This document shows, in pieces, positions 48,667 through 62,834 of a stretch of DNA of 64,000 nt; position 1 is the first letter of the stretch; every line of letters begins with the position of its first letter. The DNA comes from Candidatus Poribacteria bacterium (GTDB taxonomy: Bacteria > Poribacteria > WGA-4E > GCA-2687025). The stretch lies in NCBI GenBank assembly GCA_963665845.2, contig OY762492.1, positions 1,376,001-1,440,000 of the forward strand, written 5' to 3'. The notes beneath the pieces are model-generated. The model was not told the DNA's origin. It did not search any database and worked only from the letters and a program-made list of their open reading frames with translations. The position numbers and the translations under genes are program-made.

Positions 48667-49494
48667 CTAAAAGATGTCCGCCGGCGACGGCGGAACAATC
48701 CCGCGCCGTTCCGCTTCTTTAAAAAGCCGGCGGATGGCGTCTTCGCCTTCGCCGCCGTAGTCCAGGCTAAACTCGTTCACGTACAGCTCAATATGGGCGC
48801 GCATCGCCTCGTTGTCCATCTCCTGCGCATGCGCCCGCACCGTCTCCCAGACGGAGGCTTCATCCCGCCGCGCATGTTCGAGACTCGCCCGTATCGTCTT
48901 TTCAACAAGCCGCCGCCGCTCTTCGCCCAAACGGCGGCGCATCGCAATCCCGCCCAGCGGTATCGGCAACCCTGTTTCGCCCGTCCACCATTCGCCTAGA
49001 TCCACCGCCTGCCGCAGCCCGTAAGACGGGTAGGTGAAACGGCTCTCATGAATAATCAATCCCGCGTCGACAACCTTGTCCCTCACCGCCGACATAATCT
49101 GATCAAACGGCATGACAATAAAATCGGACAGCGGCGGCTCAAACAGACGCAGCAGCAGCAGCGCCGTCGTCCGCATCCCAGGAACCGCAATCGACTTTCC
49201 GTTCAGCTCCCGCGCGCCAATCCGCTCCCGCGTCACAACAAGCGGCCCGCAACCCCGCCCTAAAGCTCCTCCTGAACGCAGCAGCGCATACTCTTCCCGC
49301 AGATACGCCATCGCATGGAACGACGCCTTCACAATGTCCAGCTCGCCGTTCAGCGCCATGCGGTTCAGAACGGCGATGTCCTCATAAACGACCTGAACGG
49401 CGGGCGCGTCCGGCAGCAAGCCCTCCGTCCATGCCGTAAATATATAGGTGTCGTTTGGACATGGCGAATAGCCGAGCGTCAGCGGTTTATTCAT
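48667..49494 (-). CDS. mqnD: 1,4-dihydroxy-6-naphthoate synthase
   Basis: YSPCPNDT, GGALGRGCGP, IIHESRFTY, DLGEWW...LPIPLG, HIELYVNE. Confidence 0.95.
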   Translation of the reverse strand: MNKPLTLGYSPCPNDTYIFTAWTEGLLPDAPAVQVVYEDIAVLNRMALNGELDIVKASFHAMAYLREEYALLRSGGALGRGCGPLVVTRERIGARELNGKSIAVPGMRTTALLLLRLFEPPLSDFIVMPFDQIMSAVRDKVVDAGLIIHESRFTYPSYGLRQAVDLGEWWTGETGLPIPLGGIAMRRRLGEERRRLVEKTIRASLEHARRDEASVWETVRAHAQEMDNEAMRAHIELYVNEFSLDYGGEGEDAIRRLFKEAERRGIVPPSPADIF

Positions 49495-50191
49495 CCAAAG
49501 CTCCTTTTGATACGGCGTCTACGACGGCGCGCCCGGCGGCTAAAACCGCCTCTTTGACCCGCCAGCGCGACCGATCGCGATTCTCAATTAGGTTGCTGAC
49601 AGCGCGCAGCTCCACAAACGGCAACCCGTATGCCGCGCATACATGCGCCGCCGCCGCCCCCTCCATATTTTCGCATACGGCTCCAAAACGTTCATACAGC
49701 TCCGCCGCCCGCGCCGCCGTTCCTGTACAGGTTGAAACCGTTAAAAACGCGCCGACCGATCCGCCGCATGCCGACGCGACCCGCTCCGCTCTCTCCAGAT
49801 CCAGCGGAAAGCGGTTGTAAAGCGGCGCGGCGCCTGAAACGGTCGGGAAACCGATCGCCTCCATCGACAGCCATCCGTCTGGAGACTCGGCGCCTAGATC
49901 GCCGTATATCTCCTCCGACGCGACCGCGGCGTCTCCAACGGCAAGCCCCGACGGAACATACGCCCCCCCGATTCCAAATTGCGCAACGATGCGGGGCATA
50001 TCCCGTTCCGCCTCCCGCGTCAGCGTATGCGCCGCATTGACCGGTCCGACGCCTGTCGTCAGTAACCTGCAGCGGCGCCCGGCAATCTTCCCGCTCCGTC
50101 CGTTTCCCTCCGATAACACGCGCGTCATCTGCGTCAACACAGGGCGGCATTCCGCTTCAGTCGCCGCCAGCAGCAGAATACCGCCGCTCAC
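49487..50191 (-). CDS. mqnB: Futalosine hydrolase
   Basis: TGVGPVNAA, GIGGAY, TVSTCTGT, ENMEGAA, RAVSN; adjacent to mqnD. Confidence 0.9.
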   Translation of the reverse strand: MSGGILLLAATEAECRPVLTQMTRVLSEGNGRSGKIAGRRCRLLTTGVGPVNAAHTLTREAERDMPRIVAQFGIGGAYVPSGLAVGDAAVASEEIYGDLGAESPDGWLSMEAIGFPTVSGAAPLYNRFPLDLERAERVASACGGSVGAFLTVSTCTGTAARAAELYERFGAVCENMEGAAAAHVCAAYGLPFVELRAVSNLIENRDRSRWRVKEAVLAAGRAVVDAVSKGALDE

Positions 50192-51450
50192 CGCCGCTCC
50201 AAAACGGCGACATTTTCAACATGCGGCGTCTGCGGAAACATGTCGATCGGCTGCGTCTTGACAAGCCGATACCGCCCCGATTCGCACAGCCGCGCCATAT
50301 CTTGCGCCTGCGCCTTTGCGTTGCAGCTGACATACACGATCCGCAGCGGCTTCAAGTCAAGCATCCCGCGTATTGTTTTCGGGTGAATGCCCGCCCGCGG
50401 CGGGTCCGCTACAATCACTTCAGGCTGTCCAATCGGAAGGTTCGGCAGCCCTTTATCCAGGTCCGCCTCCAGAAAAAAGGCGTTCTCAAAGTTGTTTTGC
50501 CGCGCGTTTTGGTACGCCAGTTTCGCCGCGGAAGCGGCTTTTTCAATGCCGATCACGCGCTCCGCTTTTTGCGCCAAAAAAAGCGACAACGCGCCAACGC
50601 CGCAGTACAGATCCAGCGCCGTCTCGCCGCCGGTCAAACCTGCGCATTCCGCCGTCATATCGCACAAGATTTCCGCCGCCATCGTGTTCGGTTGAAAAAA
50701 GGAGTCGGGAGCAAGGTCAAAAATGAACGGGCCAAGGCGCTCCTGGAAGGTCGGCGCGCCGCCGTCAATGTGAATCTCCGCCCCTTCCGACGAGCTGCCG
50801 AGGCGGTCTGTCACCCCGTTGGCGACAACATGCGGCTCTATGCCGTTATCGGCAAGAAACTGAACATAACGGCGCATCAGCGGCTCGTTCCGCTCCGTTG
50901 TTGTCAACACAACCGCCGTATGCCCCGTCTGAACGCCGACGCGCAGCGCCAAGTATCGAAAAAACCCGTCCTGCCGACGGACGCTGTACGGCTGTTCGCC
51001 GCTGTTTCGGGCAAAGGCGCGCGTCGCGTCTAAAAGCCGATTCGCCTCGTCGGTTTGCAGCGGGCATGGCTGAATGTCGATGACGCGGTCGTACGCCCCC
51101 CTCGCGTGCATTCCAAGCGCGAAGCCTCGATCATATTCATCGCCGGACGCAATCTCCGCCCGCGTGAGCCATCGCCAAGCCGCAAACGAAAACTCCATCT
51201 TGTTGCGGTAACCGTAGATGTTCGGAGACGGCGCCGGCGGCGGAACTTCAACCGCGTCAAACCCGCATTCCGCCAGCCGCTTCTCGATCCACGCCCGCTT
51301 GAACTCCAGCTGCTGTTCATAGGCGACCGTCTGCCATGCGCATCCGCCGCATTCGCCAAAATAGGCGCATTTTGGCTGCTCGGTCGGCTCCGCCTCCTCT
51401 AAGCATTCGTCGGCGTAGGTTCGTTTTTTACGTCTGCGGCGCGGCGTCAT
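50188..51450 (-). CDS. rlmD: 23S rRNA (uracil-5)-methyltransferase RlmD/RumA family
   Basis: C.YF.ECGGC, YRNKMEF, SFFQPN, DLYCGVG, DPPRAG, YVSCN, DMFPQTPHVE. Confidence 0.92.
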   Translation of the reverse strand: MTPRRRRKKRTYADECLEEAEPTEQPKCAYFGECGGCAWQTVAYEQQLEFKRAWIEKRLAECGFDAVEVPPPAPSPNIYGYRNKMEFSFAAWRWLTRAEIASGDEYDRGFALGMHARGAYDRVIDIQPCPLQTDEANRLLDATRAFARNSGEQPYSVRRQDGFFRYLALRVGVQTGHTAVVLTTTERNEPLMRRYVQFLADNGIEPHVVANGVTDRLGSSSEGAEIHIDGGAPTFQERLGPFIFDLAPDSFFQPNTMAAEILCDMTAECAGLTGGETALDLYCGVGALSLFLAQKAERVIGIEKAASAAKLAYQNARQNNFENAFFLEADLDKGLPNLPIGQPEVIVADPPRAGIHPKTIRGMLDLKPLRIVYVSCNAKAQAQDMARLCESGRYRLVKTQPIDMFPQTPHVENVAVLERR

Positions 51451-51461
51451 CTTTTCTCCGC

Positions 51462-52513
51462 TTATTCTGCCTCTTCAATATCGTCGTCGAAAATGGGCTG
51501 CCACTGCGGGTCTAAATGCGCGCGGGGGCTGTTGGTGATCTGCGTCTCATTTTCCCCGTCCGCGTCCACAACGAACAGCTGCGGCGCGGTCACGCCTGGC
51601 GGGTTCGCGCTGAAGACGACGCGCGTCGCCTCCGCGTTGAACGTTCCGCCCGCCGCCCGCCGCATTGTTACGGGAACGATGTCGATCATTTTGCCGTTCT
51701 CAAGGGTTGCGGAAGCGATATACCCGTTCAAGCCGAACAGCAGCTTCTTCCCGTCCAGCGACCACTGAAACACGCGGTCGGCTGGCGGCTCTTTCTTTTG
51801 TAAGAACCATTTCCAGAGTTCGAAACGCTTTCAACATGCGCGACCGCCGCAAACCCTTCCGCAGTAAAGGCGATCCATTTCGCGTCAGGCGACCAGATCG
51901 GCCTTACGACCCCCGCCTTCGTCAACGCCTCGAACATCCGCGGGCGCGGGTTCACCACATCGTCCCTTCCAGGCTCCCAGTGATTCCATCCGCGCTGCCA
52001 TTCCGCTCGGCTCAAGCGGCTCACTTTTCCGGTTTCAATCTCGATGACGCGCCCTTCAATACGCCTGTTGGATCGGCGCCCTGTCACGGTCGCCAAGATC
52101 TTCTTGTTGTCATGCGACCACCAATACAGGTGTACCGTTTCCACTCCGTCCAGAACCTCCTTGCGGTCGGATCCGTCCGCGCGCGCAATGTAAAGGCTTT
52201 GAAGCGGCTCTGACCCATGGCGGTAGGCGATCCATTCGCCGTCCCAAGACCAGCGGGGGCTTGCGCTCATGCCGTCGTCTGTCAGCGCGGTTCGATTTTT
52301 CCCCTGCGCGTCAATCGTGTAGATGTTGAAGGCGAAGGCGTCGTAGACATTGTTTGAAACCTGGAAACGCCGCTCCGGAACTTCAAAAAAGCGGGCGATG
52401 CCTTCGCGCGACGCAACAGGCGCCCTCTCCACATAGGCGATCCGCCCGGAACCGGCGGCGTCCAGCGCAAATAAAACGGCGGCAGACAGTATCAACAAAC
52501 GAAAACGGTTCAT
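51462..52513 (-). pseudogene. TolB/PD40-repeat secreted protein split by one frameshift near 51811
   Basis: PRWSWDG, PIWSPD, FQWSLDG, DPQWQP repeats lie in two frames; adding one A to GGAAATGG restores ...SGKWFLQ... Confidence 0.75.
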
Positions 52514-52517
52514 GGAT

Positions 52518-53165
52518 TTAACCCCGTCCGACGCGGTGAAGCTCTGAATATGAAAAGATGAGTCGGCGCAGCGCTGTCAAATTCGACAGAACCGCTAAAA
52601 CGCCCAGCGCGATGATCAGCAGCGGAGAGCCTGCCCAGTTCGGCGACTGCAAGATGGGAAATTGTATCGTGGAGAGCATCAAGCCGATGGAAAGCAGCCC
52701 GATGCGTTCGCCGCGCTGCATCAATCCGACGCGGCATTCGATGTCCAGCCCCTCGGCGCGGGCGCGGATGTAACTCACCAGAAGCGAGCCGATGATCGAT
52801 AAAAAGGTGAGCGAGCCGGCGACGATCTGATTGTTTTGGAAAAAATACGCCCAGAGCGCAAAGAAAATGATCGCTTCTGAATACCGATCCACAACAGAAT
52901 CGAGCAACGCGCCTGACCGATCCGTTTTATTGCTGGCGCGCGCGACCGCTCCGTCCAGCACATCAAACAGCCCGGCGAGAATCATCACAATCCCGCCGTA
53001 CACCAGCTTGCCCTGAAAAATCAGAACGGCGGCGGCGGCATTGCCCAAAAAGCCGACGATCGTGATAACGTTGGCGGTGATCCCAATGGCCGACAACGCC
53101 CGCGCCACAGGAACTGCGCCGCGGTTCAGGACGCGCCGCGCAAAAGACTCAAAAGCGGCCATCAT
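52518..53165 (-). CDS. CDP-alcohol phosphatidyltransferase
   Basis: ITANVIT, DVLDGAVAR...GALLDSVVDRYSE, SYIRARAE, RGER. Confidence 0.93.
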   Translation of the reverse strand: MMAAFESFARRVLNRGAVPVARALSAIGITANVITIVGFLGNAAAAVLIFQGKLVYGGIVMILAGLFDVLDGAVARASNKTDRSGALLDSVVDRYSEAIIFFALWAYFFQNNQIVAGSLTFLSIIGSLLVSYIRARAEGLDIECRVGLMQRGERIGLLSIGLMLSTIQFPILQSPNWAGSPLLIIALGVLAVLSNLTALRRLIFSYSELHRVGRG

Positions 53166-53237
53166 GACGACCCTCCATAAAACCGTTATTGCTACTCTAT
53201 GTTAGCGCTTCGGTTTAAGGAGCGCAACCCCGCCGCT

Positions 53238-53450
53238 CCGACCTTACGTCTTTAGTTGGGACATGTCGGCATGCGAATGCAAGCGCCTAAGATTCCCGCT
53301 TACGCGGGAATGCATGTCCTCGCGGAAGCGGGGAACGGTTTGGCGGACGGCGCCGAATCCGATTCCCCCTTGAAAAGGGGGGCTAGGGGGGTTTAAAGGA
53401 CGGGAGCGGCGGCTATGTCTTAAGATTCCCGCTTGCGCGGGAATGACAGC
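53238..53450. repeat. Composite intergenic repeat (TIR-like left end, two ATTCCC-N8-GGGAAT, CCCCCTTGAAAAGGGGG module)
   Basis: All modules present in series. Confidence 0.85.
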
Positions 53451-53569
53451 ACAGGATCAGGTCGAGAGACTTGAACGCCGCCCCAAATCGCTCTATGATG
53501 TATGAGGTCGTTTAAACGGAGCGCCGCTGTCCGCCGCGCATCCCTTTGAAAACAGGAAGGATTTATCGA

Positions 53570-54718
53570 ATGAATTTCAGGAACGCCGCCATCGCCGCGT
53601 TGACCGCGCTATGCGCTGTTGCGCTGTCCGCCTGCAACGATTTACAGCAAATTCTCCAGCCCGACCCGCCTTCGTCAGGCGATGAGATCACGGTCGGAGT
53701 CGTCATGTCGCTAACGGGCGACGGCGCGGACGCCGGGCAACGGGAAGTCAACGGAATGGAGCTTGCCCGCGAGGAGGTGAACGACTCCCAGCTTGCCGGC
53801 ATGACCATTCAGTTTATCATTGAGGACAGCGAAAGCGATCCAGCCGTTGCCGTTGAAGCGTTCAACAAACTGATCCAGGAAGACAAGGTCCCTGTCATTC
53901 TAGGTCCCGGATTTTCGTCTTCGGCTAGAGCCGCTTTTCCGATCGCGCAAGAAAATCAGATCGTCGCGTTGAGTCCCTCCGCCGGAGCCGCCGGACTGGG
54001 CGCCATCGGGAATTATGTGTTTCGCACGCCGACGCCCACCAACGTTTATTCGCGCAGCTTGATTCAGCAGACGAAGGAAAAATTCGGCTACCAGAAAGTC
54101 GCCCTGATCTACGACAACGCCGACCACTTTTCTCAGAGCGGGTACGAGGAATGCGTGAAAGCGCTGAACGATCTGGGCGTGGAGATTGCGGCTGTAGAGC
54201 CGTATGAAACCGGCGAAACCGACTTCACCGCGCATTTGAACCGCATCCAGAATGCGAAACCTGACGCGCTCATCGTCTCGACGCGCCCTGCGGAACGGAT
54301 CGCGATTCCTGTTCAGGCGAGCGAACTTGGCGTCTCCGATACGATCCCGCTCATCGTGATCGGCTTCACATCTGCCCATGCAGCAAAGGCGGGCGGCGCG
54401 GCTGAAGGAGTCATCACAGGAGCCACCTGGTCAAAAAATGCTGACACGCCGGGGAATCAGGCGTTCATTCAGAATTACCGGGCAAAATACAATGTCGACC
54501 CTGACGGATTCGCCGCAGGCGGATATACCACCGTCAAGATCTTGGCGGCCGCGCTCAAAGACGCCGGCTCAACCGATCCCGCCGTTATTCGGGACGCGCT
54601 GGCGGCAGTCGACATACCGACGATTGCGGGGCAATTTTCCTTCGACGCAAACGGCGACCCAAATACGTCCGTCTTCGTCGCGATCGTTGAAAACGGCGAT
54701 TTCAAGATACTCGATTAG
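53570..54718 (+). CDS. ABC transporter substrate-binding lipoprotein (LivK/branched-chain amino acid type), orphan
   Basis: Lipobox LSAC, VGVVMSLTG, EDSESDP, YVFRT, FSFDANGD. Confidence 0.9.
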   Translation: MNFRNAAIAALTALCAVALSACNDLQQILQPDPPSSGDEITVGVVMSLTGDGADAGQREVNGMELAREEVNDSQLAGMTIQFIIEDSESDPAVAVEAFNKLIQEDKVPVILGPGFSSSARAAFPIAQENQIVALSPSAGAAGLGAIGNYVFRTPTPTNVYSRSLIQQTKEKFGYQKVALIYDNADHFSQSGYEECVKALNDLGVEIAAVEPYETGETDFTAHLNRIQNAKPDALIVSTRPAERIAIPVQASELGVSDTIPLIVIGFTSAHAAKAGGAAEGVITGATWSKNADTPGNQAFIQNYRAKYNVDPDGFAAGGYTTVKILAAALKDAGSTDPAVIRDALAAVDIPTIAGQFSFDANGDPNTSVFVAIVENGDFKILD

Positions 54719-54787
54719 GCGGGCGCCGCTTCGCGCCCGCGCATGACGCTATACGTTATATAAGGGGATGCGGGTTTAGGCGGTTAT

Positions 54788-54955
54788 CTGATCTTACGTC
54801 TTTAGTTGGGACATGTCGGCATGGGAACGCGGACGGTTTCTGGGGCGCCTCTAGATTCCCGCTTGCGCGGGAATGACGGCCTGGTTGACGGCGCCTTCTT
54901 CCCATGCATAAAGGCTCTGTTCCTTCAGGATTCCCAACTTTAAGGATAAGGTCAG
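54788..54955. mobile_element. MITE-like element with terminal inverted repeats, between two long direct repeats
   Basis: CTGATCTTACGTCTTTAGTTGGGA ... TCCCAACTTTAAGGATAAGGTCAG; direct repeats at 54727-54787 and 54962-55019. Confidence 0.7.
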
Positions 54956-55015
54956 GAACATCGCTTCGCGCCCGCGCATGGCGCTATACGTTATATAAGG
55001 GGGATACGGAGGCGG

Positions 55016-55834
55016 TCATGCGTTCGCCGCGCGGAGCCGCTGCCGCTGCGCTTCATACATGACGATGGAGGCGGAAACGGCGCTGTTGAGCGATTCGGCG
55101 GATCCGCGCATCGGTATAGACGCCGCCGCGTCGCACAGCTCCGCCATCTCTGCGCTCATCCCTTTCCGCTCATTTCCGATAACAGCGACCGCGGGAACCG
55201 TCCAGTCGATCTCATCGACCCGCCTTGCGGCGCGCGGGCTTGTTCCGACAACGCGCAGGTCGGGTTGACCGCTTTTGAGCCGCCGTATCCATCTCCGCGC
55301 CGCGTCGGCGTTTGCCAGATGAAACGTCGGGACGCAAAAGAGCGACCCCATTGCGGCGCGCGTCGTTTTTGGCGCGTAAATATCCACCGCGTCGCCCGAC
55401 AATCCAACCGCGTCAACGCCCATCGCGTCCGCGCTGCGAACGATAGAGCCGACGTTGCCGGGATCGCGCGGATGGTCCAGCAACAGAAAGAGGCTGTCGG
55501 CGTCCGCAGCTTGCGGCGGTTGAAGCCGGCGGCATTCGACAACGGCGATCAGTTCCGGCGCGTTCGGCCGGTCGCTTAGATACGCGGCAACCTTTCGGCT
55601 GACAGGCATGCGCGCCGCCGCAGGAATCTCCTGAACGACATTCAACGCGGTCGGGGTGAGCGGTTCGTCAGGGTCGTAAAGAAGCGATTGAACGCGCCAT
55701 CCATGCTCGCATGCCATGGCGGTTTCCTGCGTTCCTTCGATGATGAACAGCGCGCGTCGGCTCCGTTCTTTTTTGAGCCGTATGAGTTTGCGTATCTGCT
55801 TGACGCGCGGGTTTTTCGTGGAGGTCAGTTTCAT
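55016..55834 (-). CDS. TrmH/SpoU family RNA methyltransferase
   Basis: STKNPRVK, DPGNVGSIVRSA, RAAMGS, GNERKG, IPM.G.AESLN. Confidence 0.93.
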   Translation of the reverse strand: MKLTSTKNPRVKQIRKLIRLKKERSRRALFIIEGTQETAMACEHGWRVQSLLYDPDEPLTPTALNVVQEIPAAARMPVSRKVAAYLSDRPNAPELIAVVECRRLQPPQAADADSLFLLLDHPRDPGNVGSIVRSADAMGVDAVGLSGDAVDIYAPKTTRAAMGSLFCVPTFHLANADAARRWIRRLKSGQPDLRVVGTSPRAARRVDEIDWTVPAVAVIGNERKGMSAEMAELCDAAASIPMRGSAESLNSAVSASIVMYEAQRQRLRAANA

Positions 55835-55843
55835 GGCGGCTTT

Positions 55844-55882
55844 AAAATTGCGGAAAGCCCGCTGCTGTTGAGCGGGCTTTCC
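55844..55882 (-). terminator. rRNA operon terminator hairpin
   Basis: 12-bp stem GGAAAGCCCGCT/AGCGGGCTTTCC just after 5S, followed by GCAATTTT on the minus strand. Confidence 0.75.
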
Positions 55883-55891
55883 AAATAAGGG

Positions 55892-56008
55892 CCTCGGCGA
55901 TACCTACTTTCCCACCGGGTCTCCCCTGCAGTATCATCGGCGTCGTAGGTCTTAACGGCCGTGTTCGGAATGGGAACGGGTGTTTCCCCTACGCTATCCT
56001 CACCGAAG
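55892..56008 (-). rRNA. rrf: 5S rRNA
   Basis: CCCGTTCCCATTCCGAACACGG..GTTAAG...GATGATACTGC...GAAAGTAGGT on the minus strand. Confidence 0.96.
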
Positions 56009-56089
56009 CGCCATCCTCAAAATTATTTGACGATCGAATTGCGGCCCGCGCATGAGCAGTGTCGCGCTGGACATTGTAAGAAAGAAGAA

Positions 56090-58968
<2,879 letters not shown>

Positions 58969-59076
58969 TCTCGCCTTTCCTACGTTGAGTCCCAATTTTG
59001 CGCTCTACTGCAAAATTGCGTTCCACAATTCGATTGTCAAAGATCATACCCCGCTGTCCGCGGGGAAACTCGTCAT

Positions 59077-59152
59077 TGGTGGAGATGAGCGGGCTTGAAC
59101 CGCTGACTTCCTGCTTGCAAAGCAGACGCTCTCCCAACTGAGCTACATCCCC
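59077..59152 (-). tRNA. tRNA-Ala(UGC)
   Basis: GGGGATGTAGCTCAGTTGGGAGAGC...TTGCAA...CTCCACCA, 76 nt. Confidence 0.97.
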
Positions 59153-59199
59153 TCCGACACATGCCGCGCGTCCGGCGCAAGCGGCGAACGCCGCGCCGA

Positions 59200-59276
59200 T
59201 GGTGGGCCCGGGTGGAGTCGAACCACCGACCTCACGCTTATCAGGCGTACGCTCTAACCGACTGAGCTACGGACCC
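59200..59276 (-). tRNA. tRNA-Ile(GAU)
   Basis: GGGTCCGTAGCTCAGTCGGTTAGAGC...CTGATAA...CCCACCA, 77 nt. Confidence 0.97.
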
Positions 59277-59352
59277 TGCCGACATGCGAGGCGATCTGAA
59301 CCTGAGACGAAGAGCAGACATTCTGGGTCTGAAACGGACGCCGATGCTCCCT

Positions 59353-60895
<1,543 letters not shown>

Positions 60896-61059
60896 AAAAC
60901 GACTCTCCAGCCGACCGAAGCCGACCGAAGAAACTCTTCAAGTCATCGATACCAGCGATTCACGAGTTATCGCTTGACCGATGCTTGGCTAACTTACTAG
61001 CGTCGGTATCCGCGCGCCAGACCAAAGCCAAACATCCACTCAATCGTACTCAGGCTCAG

Positions 61060-61156
61060 TTGTCAAAGATCACCTCCGCCGCGTCCGAGCGTCGACTTCG
61101 TCTACCCCCGTCAACGGCGTGCAAAGATAGTAACCTAAAGCGGTAGGGGCTGTCAA
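61060..61156 (-). promoter_or_regulatory. rrn promoter and boxA-like antitermination site
   Basis: TTGACA(61156)-18-TACTAT(61132); TGATCTTTGACAA at 61072-61060, repeated in the spacer at 59046-59034. Confidence 0.75.
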
Positions 61157-61278
61157 CTCGAAATGCGCCTTTTGAGCAAGTTTTTTGCCCCAAACCCGAA
61201 AAAAAACGCATCTTGCGCATTTTAGCCGATCAGCATACCATGCGAACGCCTCAATCAGAGACCAAACGGAGCCAAAAC

Positions 61279-62262
61279 GTGCGAATCGCGCAACTCACAG
61301 CCCCCAAAACCTTCCGATTCACCCAAATCGAGCCGCCGACGCTCGCGAATCAACGCGAACCGAGCGTCATCGTTCGCGTGAATCGATCATGCGTCTGCGG
61401 AAGCGACACGCCGTACTTCCTCGGAACGCCCCCGCATGACCATTTTCCAGCCGATTACGGACTCTCGATACACGAATGCATCGGAACGGTCGACGAATCG
61501 ACCAGCAAACGGTTCCAACCGGGCGACAAAGTCCTCGCCCTGCCGCCGCATCACCGCGGACTCGCCGAAAAGTTCATCGCCACCGAAGACCGAACCGTCC
61601 CGCTCCCAGACGGCTTCTCAAGCGAAATACTGATGGCGCAGCCGCTCGGCACCGTCGTCTGGGCATGCCGAAAGCTGCCGAACATCCTGAACCTAGACGT
61701 TGTCGTCCTAGGTCAAGGACCGATGGGGCTGCTCATCAACGCGGCGCTCAGCAACCTCGGCGCGAAAACGGTGATCGGCATCGACCGCATCGCTGAACGA
61801 GTCGCCCTCGCCCTCCCCATGAAAGCGACGCATGCGGTCGATTCCAGCGTCGAAGACCCCGTTGAGCGCGTGAAACAGATTACCGATGGGCGCATGGCGG
61901 ACATCGTCGTCGAAGCGGTAGGGCATCAGACGGAGACGATCGGCGAATGCGTCCGCCTTTTAAAAAGGGACGGAACGCTGCTCGCGTTCGGCGTGCCGGA
62001 CGACGACATCTATCCGATGCCGTTCCGCGAGATGTTCTCCAAAAACATCTCGCTGATTCATTCGGTCGGGCCGGAGGTGCAGCCCGACTTCTCGCTGGCG
62101 ATGGACTTCATCCATCAGGGGCGCATCGACGTCTCGCCCATCTTGACGCATGATTTTCCGTTCACCGAAGAGGGCGTCCAAGCGGCGTTTGAACATTTTG
62201 TCGAGCGGAAGGACGGCGCTGTCAAGGTGGTCATCCATTACGAAAACGGCGCGCTCTCATGA
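61279..62262 (+). CDS. Zinc-binding (MDR-family) dehydrogenase
   Basis: VCGSD, IHECIG, GQGPMG, EAVG; GTG start after GGAG. Confidence 0.9.
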   Translation: MRIAQLTAPKTFRFTQIEPPTLANQREPSVIVRVNRSCVCGSDTPYFLGTPPHDHFPADYGLSIHECIGTVDESTSKRFQPGDKVLALPPHHRGLAEKFIATEDRTVPLPDGFSSEILMAQPLGTVVWACRKLPNILNLDVVVLGQGPMGLLINAALSNLGAKTVIGIDRIAERVALALPMKATHAVDSSVEDPVERVKQITDGRMADIVVEAVGHQTETIGECVRLLKRDGTLLAFGVPDDDIYPMPFREMFSKNISLIHSVGPEVQPDFSLAMDFIHQGRIDVSPILTHDFPFTEEGVQAAFEHFVERKDGAVKVVIHYENGALS

Positions 62263-62834
62263 GAATAACGGCGGGGAAATATAAGGGCGCGCGGCTTGAG
62301 ACGCCGAAAACGCGCGGCATGCGCCCGACAAGCGCGCGCGTCAAAGAATCGCTCTTTGCGATCCTGCGCGAACGCATCGACGGCGCGGACGCCATCGACA
62401 TCTGCGCCGGCTCCGGCGCGGTCGGCATCGAAGCGTTGAGCCGGGGGGCGCGCCGCTGCGTCTTTGTGGACGCCGACCCCGCCGCCTGCCGCTGCATCCG
62501 CCGAAACCTCGCCGCGCTCAATGCGCCGCCCGACGCCGCGCAAACGCTCCGCGCGAAAGCATCCTCGGCGGCGCGCCGCCTCTTCCAACAAAACCGCCTC
62601 TTTCAGATCGTTTTCTTAGATCCGCCGTACGAATCGCCCGTTCTGCATGATATGCTGCGGACAATCGGGCAATCGGCGCCGATATGCGCGCCGGACGGGA
62701 TCGTCGCCGCCGAACACCGCGCCAACAACGCCCCCGACGACCGATACGGAACTCTCAAGCGAACGCGAACGGAAACCTACGGCGACACGCAGCTCTCCTT
62801 TTTTGAACACTCCGAAAGCGGCCGCGCCTTATGA
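62259..62834 (+). CDS. rsmD: 16S rRNA m2G966 methyltransferase
   Basis: MRITAGKYKG, RPT..RVKESLF, AGSGAVGIEALSRG, DPPY. Confidence 0.95.
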   Translation: MRITAGKYKGARLETPKTRGMRPTSARVKESLFAILRERIDGADAIDICAGSGAVGIEALSRGARRCVFVDADPAACRCIRRNLAALNAPPDAAQTLRAKASSAARRLFQQNRLFQIVFLDPPYESPVLHDMLRTIGQSAPICAPDGIVAAEHRANNAPDDRYGTLKRTRTETYGDTQLSFFEHSESGRAL

